From Squalus acanthias (lineage: Eukaryota): a stretch of DNA of 64,000 nt. A program made the translations under genes and the position numbers. Positions 11,539 through 25,396 of the stretch are shown here, one piece after another. Location: positions 138,200,001-138,264,000 of the forward strand of contig CM059431.1 in NCBI GenBank assembly GCA_030390025.1. Direction: 5' to 3'. Positions within the stretch are counted from its first letter, which is position 1. Every line of letters starts with the position of its first letter. Under the pieces are notes generated by a model. It made no database searches, was not told the origin of the DNA, and saw only the letters and a list, made by a program, of their open reading frames with translations.

Positions 11539-12980
11539 TGGCTAGAATTGTGCTGGCGCTCAGAGTGCGGATTTGGAGGTAGGTCCGCGGTCAAAAGCAC
11601 AAAGATTGACAGCGGGTCGGTATCCCGCTGTAAACCCGCCTCCTTGTCAGTTTCCCAAGTGTCGGATCGGTCAATACCTGAACTAACCCCACACCAATCG
11701 GCGGGTCAGCCAATTTAAATACTTAAAAGCGTGTTCAAAGGTAGTTAAGCATCATTTCCCATGTACTTACCATTTGACCAGGTTTTAATGAGGCTCCCGG
11801 AGAGCGGGTATCACGTCAGGTAATTATGTCGTGTTCTCAATGCCTCTCCATTGCTGAGTAGGTGACAGATGCCAAAGTGGCCTAAAACCTACCATTTTAC
11901 AGCTGTTCATTTCCCAAAATTAGAAGCTGGAGCCTTCATGATTTGGAACCCACTTTTGTGCTTTATGCAGTTAGGAAGTGTTTGGAGTAAACTCTCTATC
12001 CACTGTCACCTCCTTGGAGCAAACTCTCTCACCATTAACAGATCGCTTCTGTCATCTCAACTTCAGCTGCCATCTAATCCAGCAGCCTCGGTATCCTTGA
12101 AAAAATCTCACCTTGGTCCTCAGAATCCCACCACGATCAGCAGCACCAGGCACACCAGCATCACCAACAACAGCATCAACCTGCTCCGCAGTAACCTGAT
12201 GCTGCACAGGACACAGAGCATCAGCACCCGAGCACATTGCTGCCAGGGATGGACTCACCATGGCCAGATTTACTACACTTAACACTGTACACCATGGCTG
12301 CCACATGATGCGCGAGGTTGGCACTACCACACACCAGTACCATTAAACATCTCTACAATATCCAAGCCATTCCATTCACACTCATCAGCATTGTGGGGGA
12401 TACGATTGGATCTCACCATTCACTGCAACTCACTAAGCCAATTCCAAAAGTGCGCACAATTCTGTCCAAGAATCCAGTGTGTTGAAAATAAAGATTTCAA
12501 TGTTTCACAGCACATCAACACAAACTTCACATGAATATTGGCTGAAGCACCCAAGTGCCTACCCTTGTGTGTTCTTACTTGGTATGCTTGCAGTAGGTCG
12601 AGGGTGAGTGTGAGGCGTGGCTAGTGAGATGTAGTGTAGATAGAGAGGGATGGGTGGAGGTGCAAGCTAAGTTGGTGTGAGTAAGGATTAGCAGGAGTAG
12701 GATAGGGAAGGCAGATTGTTGGGGATGTGATGAGTGGCACAGCAGGATGAGGTTGAGTGTGCATTGCAGTAACTTTTTGTAATCTACTGAGATCATTGAA
12801 AGGTTTATGCCGCTGCAGCCTGGTCCTCCTGACGAGATCTCTGCTTGTGCCCTCCTATGCAGTGTGCAAACAGGCTGCATTGGTGTCCTGGGGAGGTGTC
12901 TTCCATCCATTGGAAGAGAAGGGAACCTCCCTGCGTGCTCTGACTCTCTCCATAAGCATATGGAGGGAGTCATGAGAGAG
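11539..12980. mobile_element. Internally deleted Harbinger-type element with Myb/SANT-like gene remnant on - (~12770-12980)
   Basis: RLSHDSLHMLMERVRARREVPFSSNG...NAACLH. Collinear with the element at 20628-25390, and cut on the right by a CR1. Confidence 0.65.
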
Positions 12981-13913
12981 CCTGGATATTGGAATAAAAA
13001 GTAAAATTTCTAAATTTGCCGATGGCACCAAACTTGGGGGCGTAGGAAACAGTGAGGATGATACCAATTGACGGCAACATGATATAGAAAGGCTAGCAGA
13101 CAAGTGGCAGATGGAATTTAAAACAGAGAAGTGTGGGGTGATGCATTTTAGCAGAAGGAAAGGGAGAGGCAACGTACACTTAATGGCAGAGTTTTAAAGC
13201 GTGTGCAGGGACAGAGGGCCCTGGGAGTTAATGTGCATATTTCCGTGAAGGTGGCAGGACATATTGAGAGAGTGGTTCACAAAGCATATGGGAGCTTGGG
13301 CTTCATAAATAGAGATATTGCGTACACAAGTAGAGAAGAATTGTTGAACCTTTAAAAAGCGATGGATAGGCCACAACTGGAGTATTGCATCCAGTTCTGG
13401 TCACCGCACTTTAGGAAGGATGTGTAGGCCCTTGAGAGGATGCAGAGGAGATTTACCAGAATGGTTCCGGGGATCTTCGCTACAAGGACAGGTTGGAGAA
13501 ACTGGATTTGTTTTCAATAGAGCAAAGGAGGTTGAGGGGTGATTTGATAGATGTGTACAAGATTATGACGGGTTTGAATAGGCTAGATGGGGAAAGGCTG
13601 TTCCCACTAGTTGATGGTGCAAGGATTAGGGGACACAGATTTAAGGTTTTGTGCAAGAGATACAGGGGGGCACGTGAGGAAAAATGTTTTTATGCAGCGA
13701 GTGGTGAGGACCTGGAACTCGCTGCCGACGGAAGTGGTAGAAGCAGATACACTCAATGTTTTCAAAGGGAGACTGGATAGGCACTTGGTGGAAATAAACT
13801 TGCAGGGCTCCGGGGATAGAGCAGGGGGAATGGGACTTACTCGATTGCTCTGCAGAGAGCTGGCACGGACTCAATGGCCGAATGACCTCCGAATGTGCCG
13901 TTATGACTATGAT
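12981..13913 (+). mobile_element. CR1 3' fragment
   Basis: KFADGTKLGG and RRLRGDLIDVYKIM motifs, with a tatgac/tatgat tail. Confidence 0.85.
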
Positions 13914-13939
13914 TCATCCAATCGTAGTAAGAGAATCGA

Positions 13940-15789
13940 ATCTCCTGCACTTTCTCCTCTATCTGCTCTCGCACTGTTACCTCTGGTATCCCCCTAGGAT
14001 CGATCCTTGACCCCCTCCTGTTTATGATTTACATTCTGCCACTTGGTGACATCATCCGAAAACACAACGTCAGATTCCACTGAAGACCCTCAGCTCTACC
14101 ACACCACCATCTCTCTCGGGCCCTGCACTGTCTCTGATGCGTCAGGCAGCTTGTCCGACATCCAGTGTTGGCTGAGCAAACACTTCTTCCTATTAAATAT
14201 TGGGAAAACCAAAGACATTGGCCCAGAAATTTGACTCGGAGGCTTGCCGCGGGGGTAAGGATCGCGCGCGATATCACCCACCGCGTCTGCCGTCCTTGTT
14301 TGCTTCCGCAGGAACTTCGGGTCCTGGGCCTCTCCCTAGTGCCGGCGCGCAGTCTGTGCGTGTCCCAGGGGCGCAGTTAGTGCGATGCGACCTCTGGGAT
14401 CACGTGGGCCACGGAGAGCCAATGGCAGCAGACCATCTTTCATTCATAGATTTGACAGGAGACCTGTCAAATCTGTGAATTGAAAGAGGCCCCAAAAGAG
14501 CAGCTAAACCTCAAATAAATTTAAAAAAAAATCACATTCATAAAATAACTATAGTTAAATAAATTAACCACTTTAAACAAAAATTTAATTTTTGAAAAAA
14601 TTTTAATTTTTTTTTTAAAGTTATAAAAATAAACTTAACTTTCTTTAAAGTCTCTAAAAAAGATAAACCTGTTGAAAAAAAATAAAAATTATACTTAATT
14701 AACTACTTACCTTGTTCAAAAGGGGTCTTACGCCTCCTTTTTACTTCTGTGGAATCTTCCATACTTACCCTCGTGTTGAAACCTGAAAAAAAACCGAAGA
14801 GTGCTGCGTGCGCACAGCCTCTAGTGCGCACGCTGTTCACCTCGGAACCGCCCCCTACGCCATACCGGAAGTGCCGGTTTCCCGCGCATGCGCAGTGCAT
14901 GCAGGAAACCGGCACTTCGGGAACGGATATGGGTGAGTACGCACTGAGTACTCACCCGTTCTCGGCCGAATTTTTGGGCCATTATCTTTGGTCGCGGTCA
15001 CAAACTCCATTCCCTAGCCACGGACTCCATCCCGCTCCCTGGCAAATGTGTGAGTCTGAACCAGACTGTTTGCAACCAATGCATCCTATTAGATCCTCAG
15101 CTGACCTTTCACTCCCATACACTCCATCAACAAGACCACCTACTTCCAACTCCGAAACATTCGCTGTCTGCGCCCCTGCCTCAGCACATCTAATGCTGAA
15201 ATCCTCATCTATGCCTTTGTTATCTCCAGTCTCAGTTATTCCAACACTCTAAGGCTTGTCAACCAACCACGTTCCATCCTCTGTAAATTTGAGCTTATCC
15301 AAAACTCTGCTGCGCCTCTCGGAACTCGCACCGAGTCCCGTTCACCCATCACCCATGGGCTCGCTGATCTACTTTGGTTCCCTGTCTGGCAAAGCCTTGA
15401 TTTTGAAATTATCATCCTTGTTTTCAATTCCTCCATGACCTCATCCATCCCTATCTCTGCAATCTCCTCCAGGTCCACAATCCTCCGAGATCTCTGCACT
15501 CCTCAATGTTGAACTTTGTGCATTCTGATTTTCACCCCTCCACTATTGGCGGCTGTGTTCTCAGCAGCCTCGGCCCTGAACTCTGGAATTCCCTCTCCAA
15601 CCTTATCCGCCTCTATTTATCGCCTGTTCACTCTTAAAATTCTACCTCTTTGACCAGGCTGTTGGTCACCCGTTCTAATATCTCTTTATTTGGCTCGGTG
15701 TTTCATTTTATCTGATAAAACTCCTGCTGAGTCTCTCGTGACGTTATTACTGAGTTAAAGGGGCTATGTCAATTCAAGTTGTTGTTGTT
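13940..15789 (+). mobile_element. L2-like LINE 3' fragment interrupted by a MITE
   Basis: LSDIQCWLSKHFFLLNIGKTK motif and a (GTT)n tail at ~15778-15789. The inverse relative lies at 46567-47335. Confidence 0.72.
14220..14980 (+). mobile_element. ~760-bp non-autonomous TIR element (MITE), copy 1
   Basis: GGCCCAGAAATT...AATTTTTGGGCC termini, ATT on both flanks, and clean interruption of the L2 sequence. Confidence 0.85.
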
Positions 15790-15901
15790 AATCCCCTTTT
15801 TTATTTTCACAATAACATTAATATTTCCCTGTGACATGTTAACCGAAAATGTATAGAATTTCCCAAGAGCTCACCCAAGAGATGATCAAATAATTGGGGA
15901 A

Positions 15902-16516
15902 CATCAGTGCATTGTGAGCCTGTCCCTCTTTCAGTACTGCCCAATGAGTGCATTGTGAGCCTGTCCCTCTCTCAGTGCTGCCCAATCAGTACATTGTGAG
16001 CCTGTCCCTCTCTCAGTGCTGCCCAATCAGTACATTGTGAGCCTGTCCCTCTCTCAGTGCTGTCAAATCAGTACATTGTGAGCCTCTACCTCTCTCAGAG
16101 CTGCCCAATCAGTAAATTGTGAGCCTGTCCCTATCTCAGTGCTGCCCAATCAGTACATTGTGAGTCTGTCCCTTTCTCAGTGCTGCCCAATCAGTACATT
16201 GTGAGCCTGTCCTCTCTCAGTGCTGCCCAATCAGTGCATTGTGAGCCTGTCCCTCTCTCAGTGCTGCCCAATCAGTACATTGTGAGCCTGTCCTCTCTCA
16301 GTGCTGCCCAATCAGTGCATTGTTAGCCTGTCCCTCTCTCAGTGCTGCCCAATCAGTACATTGTGAGCCTGTCCCCCTCTCAGTGCTGCCCAATCAGTAC
16401 ATTGTGAGCCTATCCGTCTCTCAGTGCTTCCCAATCAGTACATTGTGAGCCTGTCCCCCTCTCAGTGCTGCCCAATCAGTACATTGTGAGCCTGTCCCTC
16501 TCTCAGTGCTGCCCAA
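15902..16516. repeat. 41-bp minisatellite (CAATCAGTACATTGTGAGCCTGTCCCTCTCTCAGTGCTGCC), ~15 copies
   Basis: Period of 41 nt measured between 15910 and 15951. Confidence 0.95.
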
Positions 16517-16918
16517 TTCCCGATTTGCTATTTGTACAAAAGCTCAGCTCTGCTGGGTGGGAGGTTCAATCATTTATCCATTATAACCACTGCAGCCAAA
16601 TAACGAGAATCACCTGTGGATTTGTAATGAGATGTCGGCAGTAAATTGTGCGACTGATAGAATTCACCATCAGAGGGAACATTTCACCTTCACCCAGCTC
16701 GCCATGTTAAGTAAATATTAGTGTCCCATGTAGATTTGAAACTTCTCTCAGAAATTTCCTGTTAACCAAGATTCACATGAACTGTTTCAGTTTTCTATCT
16801 GTCTACGATTAAAATTTCGTAATATTTCGTGTTATATTTTACGAAAAGCAGAGCAGTACATCGGAGCTTTCTTTGACAATATAAAATTGAAACCACTTTC
16901 TGTCTGTTCTAATTGAAG

Positions 16919-18656
16919 ATGTTCAACAGAAACACAAGGAAACACTCCGGGTACAAACTGAAACACTGAGAGTGAACACTATCCTAATAAAGGAGAAGGT
17001 TAAGATTTTCCAGCTGGTTGATCCATACGCTGAGCTAACGGTCATTTCTACTGTTCGAGATCGGACACTTGTCGAACATGAGCTGCTGGCAAGAGGCCGT
17101 GACCATGAAGAGTGGAGAGAGAAACATCTCCGGAGAGAGCAGGAAAAAATCCGAGCTGATCAATTGTTCCAGAGCAGTTTTTCCCGGAGAAAATCCAATT
17201 CTGGGTGTTCAGGAGCTGTGAGTGGAGTCCCGGGGATTGGAAAAACAACAATGGTACAAAAGATTGTTCATGACTGGGCCACTGGGAAAATATACTCACA
17301 CTTTCAATTTGTTTTCAGCTTTAAATTCCGTGATTTGAACGCTATCGACTGTAGAATAAACCTGAGGAATCTGATACAGGATCTGTATCCTTACTTTGGG
17401 AATATTCTGGGAGAGCTCTGGAAGAATCCAGCGAGATTGCTGTTTATATTCGATGGTTTGGATGAATTCAATGATAGGATCGATTTTTCTGAGAATCGGA
17501 GAAATACAGAACCTCAGCACATGTGCACAGATCCTGAGGACTGGTGTGAAGTGTCTGACATTGTGTACAGTTTAATACAGCACAAGCTGCTCCCAGGATG
17601 TTCAGTGCTAGTGACCAGCCGCCCCACTGCATTACATTTATTGGAAAAGGCTGAGATCAGTGTCTGGGCTGAAATCCTAGGATTTTTTGGTGAAGAACGG
17701 AAGGAATATTTCAATAAGTTTTTTGAAGATCAGACGGTGGCAGCAGCTGTTTTGAAACACGTGGAGGAAAACGAGATCCTGTTCACAATGTGCTACAATC
17801 CTTCCTACTGCTGGATCCTCGGGCTCTCACTGGGTCCCTTCTTTACACAAAGAGACCGGAAACAGCAGCGAGTTCCCAAGACCATCACCCAACTATATTC
17901 CTACTATATTTACAACATTCTGAAAAACCATGGCCGAGAGATTGATAGCCCCCGTGATGTGTTACTGAACCTTGGTGAGATGGCCTTCAAAGGAGTCTCC
18001 GAGAAGAAGATTGTGTTTAGAAATCATGATTTGATCAAGTATAATCTGCAACCTTCCCAGTTCCTGTCTGGGTTTATGATGGAACTTTTGGAGAGAGATG
18101 ATTCCGCCCAGAGCGTGGTGTACACATTCCCGCATCTCACCATCCAAGAGTTTGTAGCCGCACTCGCACAATTCCTCACTCCAGATCCCGGGGACATCCG
18201 GAAACTCCTCAGTGAAGCCCACAGCAAGGAAGATGGGCGATTTGAGATATTTGTCCGTTTTGTTGTTGGTCTCTCCTCCTCACAGTCAGCTCGGCCCCTG
18301 GAGGAGTTTCTGGGTCCATTTCTTCATCAAACCATCTGCGGAGTGATTGACTGGGTAAAGGAGAGGTTTGAAGGACAGATTGGAAATACAGCGAGAGCAA
18401 CTGGTAAAAGGGACTTCCTGAAAACATTGCACTGCCTGTTTGAGTCTCAGAATACAGCACTAACTCGGGCCACAGTGGGATCTGTGGAAAGACTTACATT
18501 TAATGGATTGCGACTGACCCCAATTGACTGCGCGGTCCTGTCTCATGTCATTGGACTCTGTGATACAATAACACACCTCAATCTAATCAACTGTTACATT
18601 CAGTGTGAAGGACTCCAGCGGCTGGGACCCGTACTGCACAAATGCGTGGTATTGAG
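16919..18656 (+). CDS. NLR gene, NACHT exon (NACHT, LRR-containing protein, shark NLRP3/NLRC3-like)
   Basis: ttgaag|(D)VQQKHKETLR... open for 1738 nt. Walker A GVPGIGKT, Walker B LLFIFDGLDE, sensor-1 VTSR, PSYCW and winged-helix FPHLTIQEFVAA. Ends ...HKCVVL-AG|gtaacg (phase 2). Confidence 0.96.
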
Positions 18657-18916
18657 GTAACGGTTTATTTGTCTCTAACTGTTGGGCGAATTGTAGAACA
18701 GTCACGGATGGCGTTGTTTCTCCGTAATGAAGGGTAACAAACAGCTCAAATAAACCAGATTCAACACAAGTATGACCAATAATAAGAGGATAGTTTCGTA
18801 ATTTCCTGAGGACGGGAAAATCTAGCACTGATCCGCGTGGAGAAGTAGCGATTTTACAGTCTTTGTCGGATCAGCAAATCCAAGTCACTGAAATAGTCTG
18901 ATAATTTAATTACAAT

Positions 18917-19663
18917 GGCTCGTATCTTCCGATCGCAGGCCTCCTGCGTGCGGAGGCCTGCGATCTGGAAAAATCTACACTCCTACCTGAGGGCTCTCGG
19001 GGCGCACACACTTCCGATCCTGGGCCTCTCCAAACTGCAAGTGCGCAGGGCCCACGTATTCCAGAGGCACAGGCAGTTCGCAGCGTCCCTGTGATCACGT
19101 GGGCCATGGGGAGCCACTCAAAGAAGGGAATCTCCCTTCATACACTTGACAGGAAGACCTGTCAAATATATGAATGGAGATCACCCCAAAAACATAGTAA
19201 ACCTTTTATATCAATTTTAAAAAAAAATCACATTTTTAAAATGACTTGAAATTACAATAAATTAAATATTTTAAACAATTTTTTTTTAAATAATTAAAGT
19301 TTTTAATGGGCTGACAATAAACTCACCTTTTTTTTAAAGTATTTTTAAATGATAAATCAGTGAAAACGTTTATTTTTTACTTTTTAAAACTCTTATCCTG
19401 GTAAAAGCAGGCCTTACGCCTGCTTTTACCAGGCATACGAATTGTAAGGGTTTTCTGCTGGTGGAGGGTCGCCAATACGGAACTATCCGCCCGCAGAGGC
19501 CCTTCTCCTGGGTAGGCGGAGGATCTGTCAAGAGCATTCTTGACAGATCGGAAATGCCGGTTTTCAGCGCATGCGCTGTGCATGCCTGAAACCGGCATTT
19601 CCGAGGTCCCTACGGGTGGGTACACAGCACGTACCCACCCGTAGGGATCGGAATATCTAGGCC
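18917..19663 (+). mobile_element. ~750-bp MITE, diverged copy 2
   Basis: Same internal layout as 14220-14980. Right terminus GAATATCTAGGCC, degenerate left terminus, AT on both flanks. Confidence 0.78.
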
Positions 19664-20627
19664 ATCAAATCATATTTAATACGGCTGGACAGCGGAATGT
19701 AAACAAAATATAATCCAGCAGTAAAGATAAAATTAATTTAAAATGTTTTCCACATCCACCATTTCAACTAGAAACAGGACAGAAACCCGAGTTTAAATCA
19801 CTAACAGATCGATATTTACTCCAATACCGTGCAGGCTGTGTCTTCTCGAGAGGGAAGTTTCCGGGATTCGGAGTTTTGGGTTATTGGGAATTATTTCAGG
19901 ATCTTAAATCTGCCGGTAAAAAGGTTCCAATCTAACGTGTTGTGGTGTATTAGCCCCGGAGTACAGACACACACCGGCCAGCGGTGGGGCCTCGCACACA
20001 GCGGGCGGCTCCTGGGTAAACCGGGGGCAGTGAACCCGGGAATTCCCCATAATCCGTCCCCTGTGTGTGAGGCCCCGCTCGGGGAGGGAACATCCGAAAA
20101 TTCCCCAAAAACTGTCGGGACAGTTACTCCTGAAATAAATGTAGATCCAATTTAATGGGGAACAAGTGAGAGACTCCCCTGCCCTATAAACTGGAGCACA
20201 GGGACAATTAAAACTTGTAACAGGACAGAATCAACTCTCCTTTTTACATAAAATCTTGGGGGACGGATTTTACAGCAACAGTAAGCGCCGTTTCACAATA
20301 TAACTCACCCCGAGATATTATACAGATTAATATAATGCACAGAGTATAAAGTACAGTGAATCACCACGTTATCATTTGATTCGGGGAAAATTGCCTCATT
20401 CCCATAAAATCCTGGACTTAAGGAGCAGCAGAAATGAGACATGTTTCCCCAAACATGAAGGGGCAGGTCACTGAGCTCCAGCAGGTTAATTCTCATCATC
20501 AGGCAATGAGACCGGACTGAGGGACATTTAAAGGCTGCACACAGACAGCACTTTATTTAATAAACACATTTAATGACCGACCCTGAATATATGGGGAGTT
20601 GGATAGAGTGAGATTCATTCCCAGTGA

Positions 20628-23600
20628 GGGGGAAATTTTGCGAGAGTTCAGCGCAGGCGATCAGTGGCGGGTCGGTTGGGAACATGAATTTTTCCCCGGC
20701 GGGTCGGGACCCCGCTGTCAACCCTCCGCCACGCGCATTTCCCAAATGTCGGGTCTGTCAGCGCTGAGCATATCCGACATGTAGCGGTGGGGGACTCAAT
20801 TCAGGTCATTATGACCATGTTTACAAAGGATTAACAACTATTTTCAGCTCGCCTTCAGAGTATACCAGGTCTCCTACGTGGTCCACGCTGCTCGGGGATC
20901 ACGTCAGGTAAGCAGGGTGGGAGTTGAATGGCCATGGACTCATCTCATTACGTGACAGCTGGAAATGTGCTATAAAAGCTCCCACCTCACAGCTTGCCAC
21001 TTTCCAAGCTCACAAGTTATTGCTTACTACATTTGGAAAACAGATTGAACTTTATGCAGGTTGCAAGTGTTTGGAGAAAACTCTCTAACCAGTGTCCCCT
21101 CATTGGAACAAGCTCTCTCAACCTCTCTCACTGTTAACAGATTGCTTCTGTCATCTCAAGTTCACCTGCCATCTATTGCATCAGAATGCGTACACTTTAT
21201 ACTTTCTCACCTTGGGCCTCAGAATCTGACCACGATCAGCCCCAACACCTGCAGCTCCAGGCACAGCTGCAGCAGTAACATCAACACCAACCTGTTCCGC
21301 AATCACCTGATACTGTACAGGACAGAGGGCATCAGCACCCGACCACATTACTTCCCGGGACACCAGGGATGGTCACGTTGAACAGATTTAGTTCACCTGA
21401 CTGCCACATGATGCACCAGGTTGGCACCACCCCATACCAACAACATAAAGTATCCCTACAATGCCAAAACCATTACTTTCACACTTAGCAGTATTGCGGG
21501 GGGTACCGTTATGTCTCACCATCCACTGCAACTCACTAAGCCACTTCCAAAATGCAGAAAAATCAGTCTAAGAACTGAATGTATTGAAAATAAAGATTTA
21601 CATTTTTGATAGCACATTAACAGAAACTTCAAATGAACATTGGCTAAAACATACACTTGTATGCTGTAAGTTGGTATGATTGGTATGAAGGATGAGGCAA
21701 TAGAGAAAGGTATTAATATGGGAAATGATAAACAGACCGTGACAGGAAGGAATAGAGAGTACAAATCTAAGAGTAAATCAACAGATAAGGCTAGAGGTTA
21801 CAAAAATAATAAAAGGACACAACTAAAGGATCTGCATCTGAATGCACGCAGCATTCGGAACAAAACAGATGAACTGATAGCGCAAATAGAAATAAATAAA
21901 TATGATCTGATAGCCATTACACAAACATGGTTGCAGGATGACATAGAATGTGACCTGAATATTGAAGGGTACATGATATTTAGGAAGGATAGGAAGGTGG
22001 GAAAAGGTGGAGGGGTGGCTCTGTTAATTAATGATGTTATTAGCACAATAGAGAGGGATGACCTAAGTTCAGGAAACTAGGATGTAGAAGCAGTTTGGGT
22101 AGAAATGAGAAATAATAAAGGCAAGAAGTTACTTGTGGGAGTGGTGTACAGGCCCGTAAACAGTAACCACATGGTAGGATGGAGTATAAAGGAAGAAATA
22201 AAGGGAGCTTGTCAGAAGGGTACGGCAATAATCATGGGGGATTTTAATCTGCATATAGACTGGGAAAATCAGATCTGCAAAGGTAGCCTAGATGAGGAGT
22301 TCATGGAATGTTTTCGGGATAGTTTCTTACAACAGCACGTTCTGGAGCCAACCAGAGAGCAGGCTATACTAGACCTTGTATTGTGCAACGAGATAGGGTG
22401 AATTAATGATCTCATAGTGAAGGCGCCCCTACGTAGCAGCGATCATAATATGATTGAATTTTACATTCAGTTTGAGAGAGAGAAGAGTGGGTCCAGGACT
22501 AGTTTTTTAAACTTAAATAAGGGCAATTATGAGGGCATGAAAGCAGAGCTAGCTTAAGTGAACTGGCAAATTATGTTAAGGGATAGGTCAATAGAGTTGC
22601 AGTTGCAGACGTTTAAGGGGAATTTCAAAATACACAGAATATATACATTCCAACAAGAAAGAAAAATTCCAAGGGGAGCAGCCAACATCGTGGTTAACTA
22701 AAAAAGTTAAAGCTAGTATTAAACTTAAAGAAAAAGCACATAATTTCGCAAAGATGGGTGGCAGGTCAGAAGATTGGACAGAATATAAAAAACAGCAAAG
22801 AATGACTGAAAGATTAAAAAGGAGAGAAAAATTAGAGTACGAGAGAAAGCTAGCTAGAAATATAAAAACAGATAGTAAGAGTTTCTATAGATATTTCAAA
22901 AAGAAAAGAGCTAACAAAGTGAGTGTTGGTCCTATAAAAAGTGAGTCTGGGGAATTAATAATGGAAAATAAGGAGATGGCAGTTGAATTGAACAGGTAAT
23001 TTGCATCGGTCTTCACTATAGAGGATACAAGTAACAGCCCAGAAATAGCTGTAAATCAGGAAATAGAAGGGAGGGAGGAACTCAAGAAAATTATAATCAC
23101 CAGGGAAGTGGTACTGAGCAAATTGTTGGAGCTGCGGGCTGACAAGTCCTCGGGTCCTGATGGACTTCATCCGAGGGACTTAAAATAAGTGGCTAGTGAG
23201 ATAGTTGATGCGTTGGTTTTAATTTTCCAAAATTCCCTAGATTCGGGGAAGGTTCCATTAGATTGGAAAATAGCGAATGTAACTCCTTTATTCAAAAAGG
23301 GGGGAGACCGAAAGCAGGAATCTACAGGCCAGTTAGCTTAACATCTGTCATAGGGAAGATGTTAGAAGCTATTATTAAAGACGTTATAGCAGGGCACTTA
23401 GAAAATTTCAAAGTAATCAGGCAGAGTCAACATGGTTTTGTGCAAGGGAAATCATGGTTAACCAATTTATTGAAGTTCTTTGAGGAAATAATATGTGCTG
23501 TGGATAAAGGGTGGATGTACTGTACTTCCAGAACACATTTGATAAGATGCCACATCAAAGGTTATTGCGGAAAATAAAAGCTCATGGTGTTGGGGGTAAC

Positions 23601-25390
23601 ATATCGGCATGGATAGAAGATTGGCTAGCTAACAGGAAACAGAGATTAGGCATAAATGTGTCATTTTCTGATTGGCAAGATGTAACGAGTGGTGTGCCAC
23701 AGGGATCAGTGCTGGGGCTTCAACTTTTTACCATTTATATAAATGACTTGGATGAAGGACCGAATGTATGGTTGCTAAATTTGCTGATGATACAAAGATA
23801 GGTAGGAAAGTAAATTGTGAAGAAGACATAAGGAGGCTACAAAGGGATATAGATAGGTTATGTGAGTGGGCAAAGATCTGGCAAATGGAGTATAACGTGG
23901 GAGAACGTGAAATTGTCAATTTTGCCAGGAAGAATAAAAAATAAGCATATTATCTAAATGGTGAGAGATTGCAGAGCTCTGAGATGCAGAGGGATCTCGG
24001 TGTCCTAGTGCATGAATCGCAAAAGGTGACTACGCAGGTACAGCAAGTAATTAGGAACGCTAATAGAATGTTAACGTTTATTGCGAGGGGAATTGAGTAC
24101 AAAAGTAGGGAGGTTATGCTTCAGTTATACAGGGTACTGGTGAGACCACATCTGGAGTACTGTGTACAGTATTGGTCTCCTTATTTAAGGAAGGATGTAA
24201 ATGTGCTGGAAGCAGTTCAGAGAAGGTTTACTGGACTAATACCTGGAATGGACGGGTTGTCTTATGAGGAAAGGTTGGACAGGCTAGGCTTGTATCCGCA
24301 TGACTTTAGAAGATTAAGAGATGACTTGATTGGATCATATAAGATGCTGAGGGGTCTGGACAGTGTGGATGTGGAGAGGATGTTTCCTCTTGTGGGAGAA
24401 TCTAGAACTAGGGGTCACTGTTTCAAAAATAAGGGGTCGCCCATTTAAGACAGAGATGAGGAGAAATGTTTTCTCACAGAGGGTCGTGAGTCTTTGGAAC
24501 TCTCTTCCTCAGAGGGCGGTGGAAGCAGAGTCTTAGAATAATTTTAAGGCAGAGGTAGATATATTCTTGTTAAGCAAGGGGGTGATAAGTTATCGGGGGT
24601 AGGCGGGAATGTGGAGTAATCAGATCAGCCATGATCTTATTGAATGCCGGAGCAGGCTCGAAGGGCCGAGTACCCTACTCCTGCTCCTAATTCATATGTT
24701 CGTATGGGTGAGTGTGAGGGGTGGCTAGTGAGATGGGGAAGTGATAATGTAGATCGAGAGGGATGGATGGAGGTGCAAGGTAAGTGGTGTGAGTAAGGGT
24801 GTGCAGGATTAGGGTAGGGAAGGTAGAATGATGGGGATGTGATGAGTGGAACAGCAGGATGAGGTTGAGTGTGGCGTCGCAGTAACTTTTCGTGATCTAT
24901 TGGCATTAGTGAAAGCTTTGCCCCACTAAAGCCAGGTCCTCCTGACGACATCCCTGATTGTGTCCTCCTGTACAATGTGCAACCAGGCTGCGTTAGTCTA
25001 AGGCTCTTCCGCCCAATAGAAGGGAACAGAATCTCCCTGCGGGCTGTGATTCCCTCCATAAGCAAATGGATGGAGTCATGGGAGAGCCTGGGTGCAGCCG
25101 TGCACCTATGTGCAGTGCTTCTCAATGTTAGCAGCGCTTCAATGCTGTAAAACACTGACAGCACAACTGTCAAACTAAATTGGCGCATGATCCCTTTGAT
25201 GAAAACGGCTGTTGATGCGCATCGGTGACGTCACCAGACCCGCTTCCTCTAATTGGTCGGGAAACGCGCTGGGCGGAGCTTAACAAGCCAATCAGGAGAA
25301 AGCCGTTTTACACATAGGGCAGCGACCCGCCACTGACCCTACGTCACCCGAACCGCCCAGGTGGGAAATCGCGCAGGGAAACCGGGTTAT
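20628..25390. mobile_element. Internally deleted Harbinger-type element with Myb/SANT-like remnant on - (~24880-25110), split by a CR1
   Basis: 20628-21675 and 24707-25390 align in order with 11539-12980. Remnant APRLSHDSIHLLMEGITARREILFP. Confidence 0.65.
21676..24706 (+). mobile_element. CR1 LINE, nearly complete but disrupted ORF2 (APE plus RT)
   Basis: [41 protein letters not shown] and LVRPHLEYCVQYWSP motifs, with a tatgttcg tail. Confidence 0.92.
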
Positions 25391-25396
25391 ATATAT

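Noticed and set aside
15902..16516. CRISPR-like regular array (also 44415-46565)
   Set aside because: The units are head-to-tail with no unique spacers, there are no cas genes, and the context is eukaryotic.
16972..16974. ORF-track start of the NACHT protein
   Set aside because: It is an internal GTG (Val). The exon begins at 16919.
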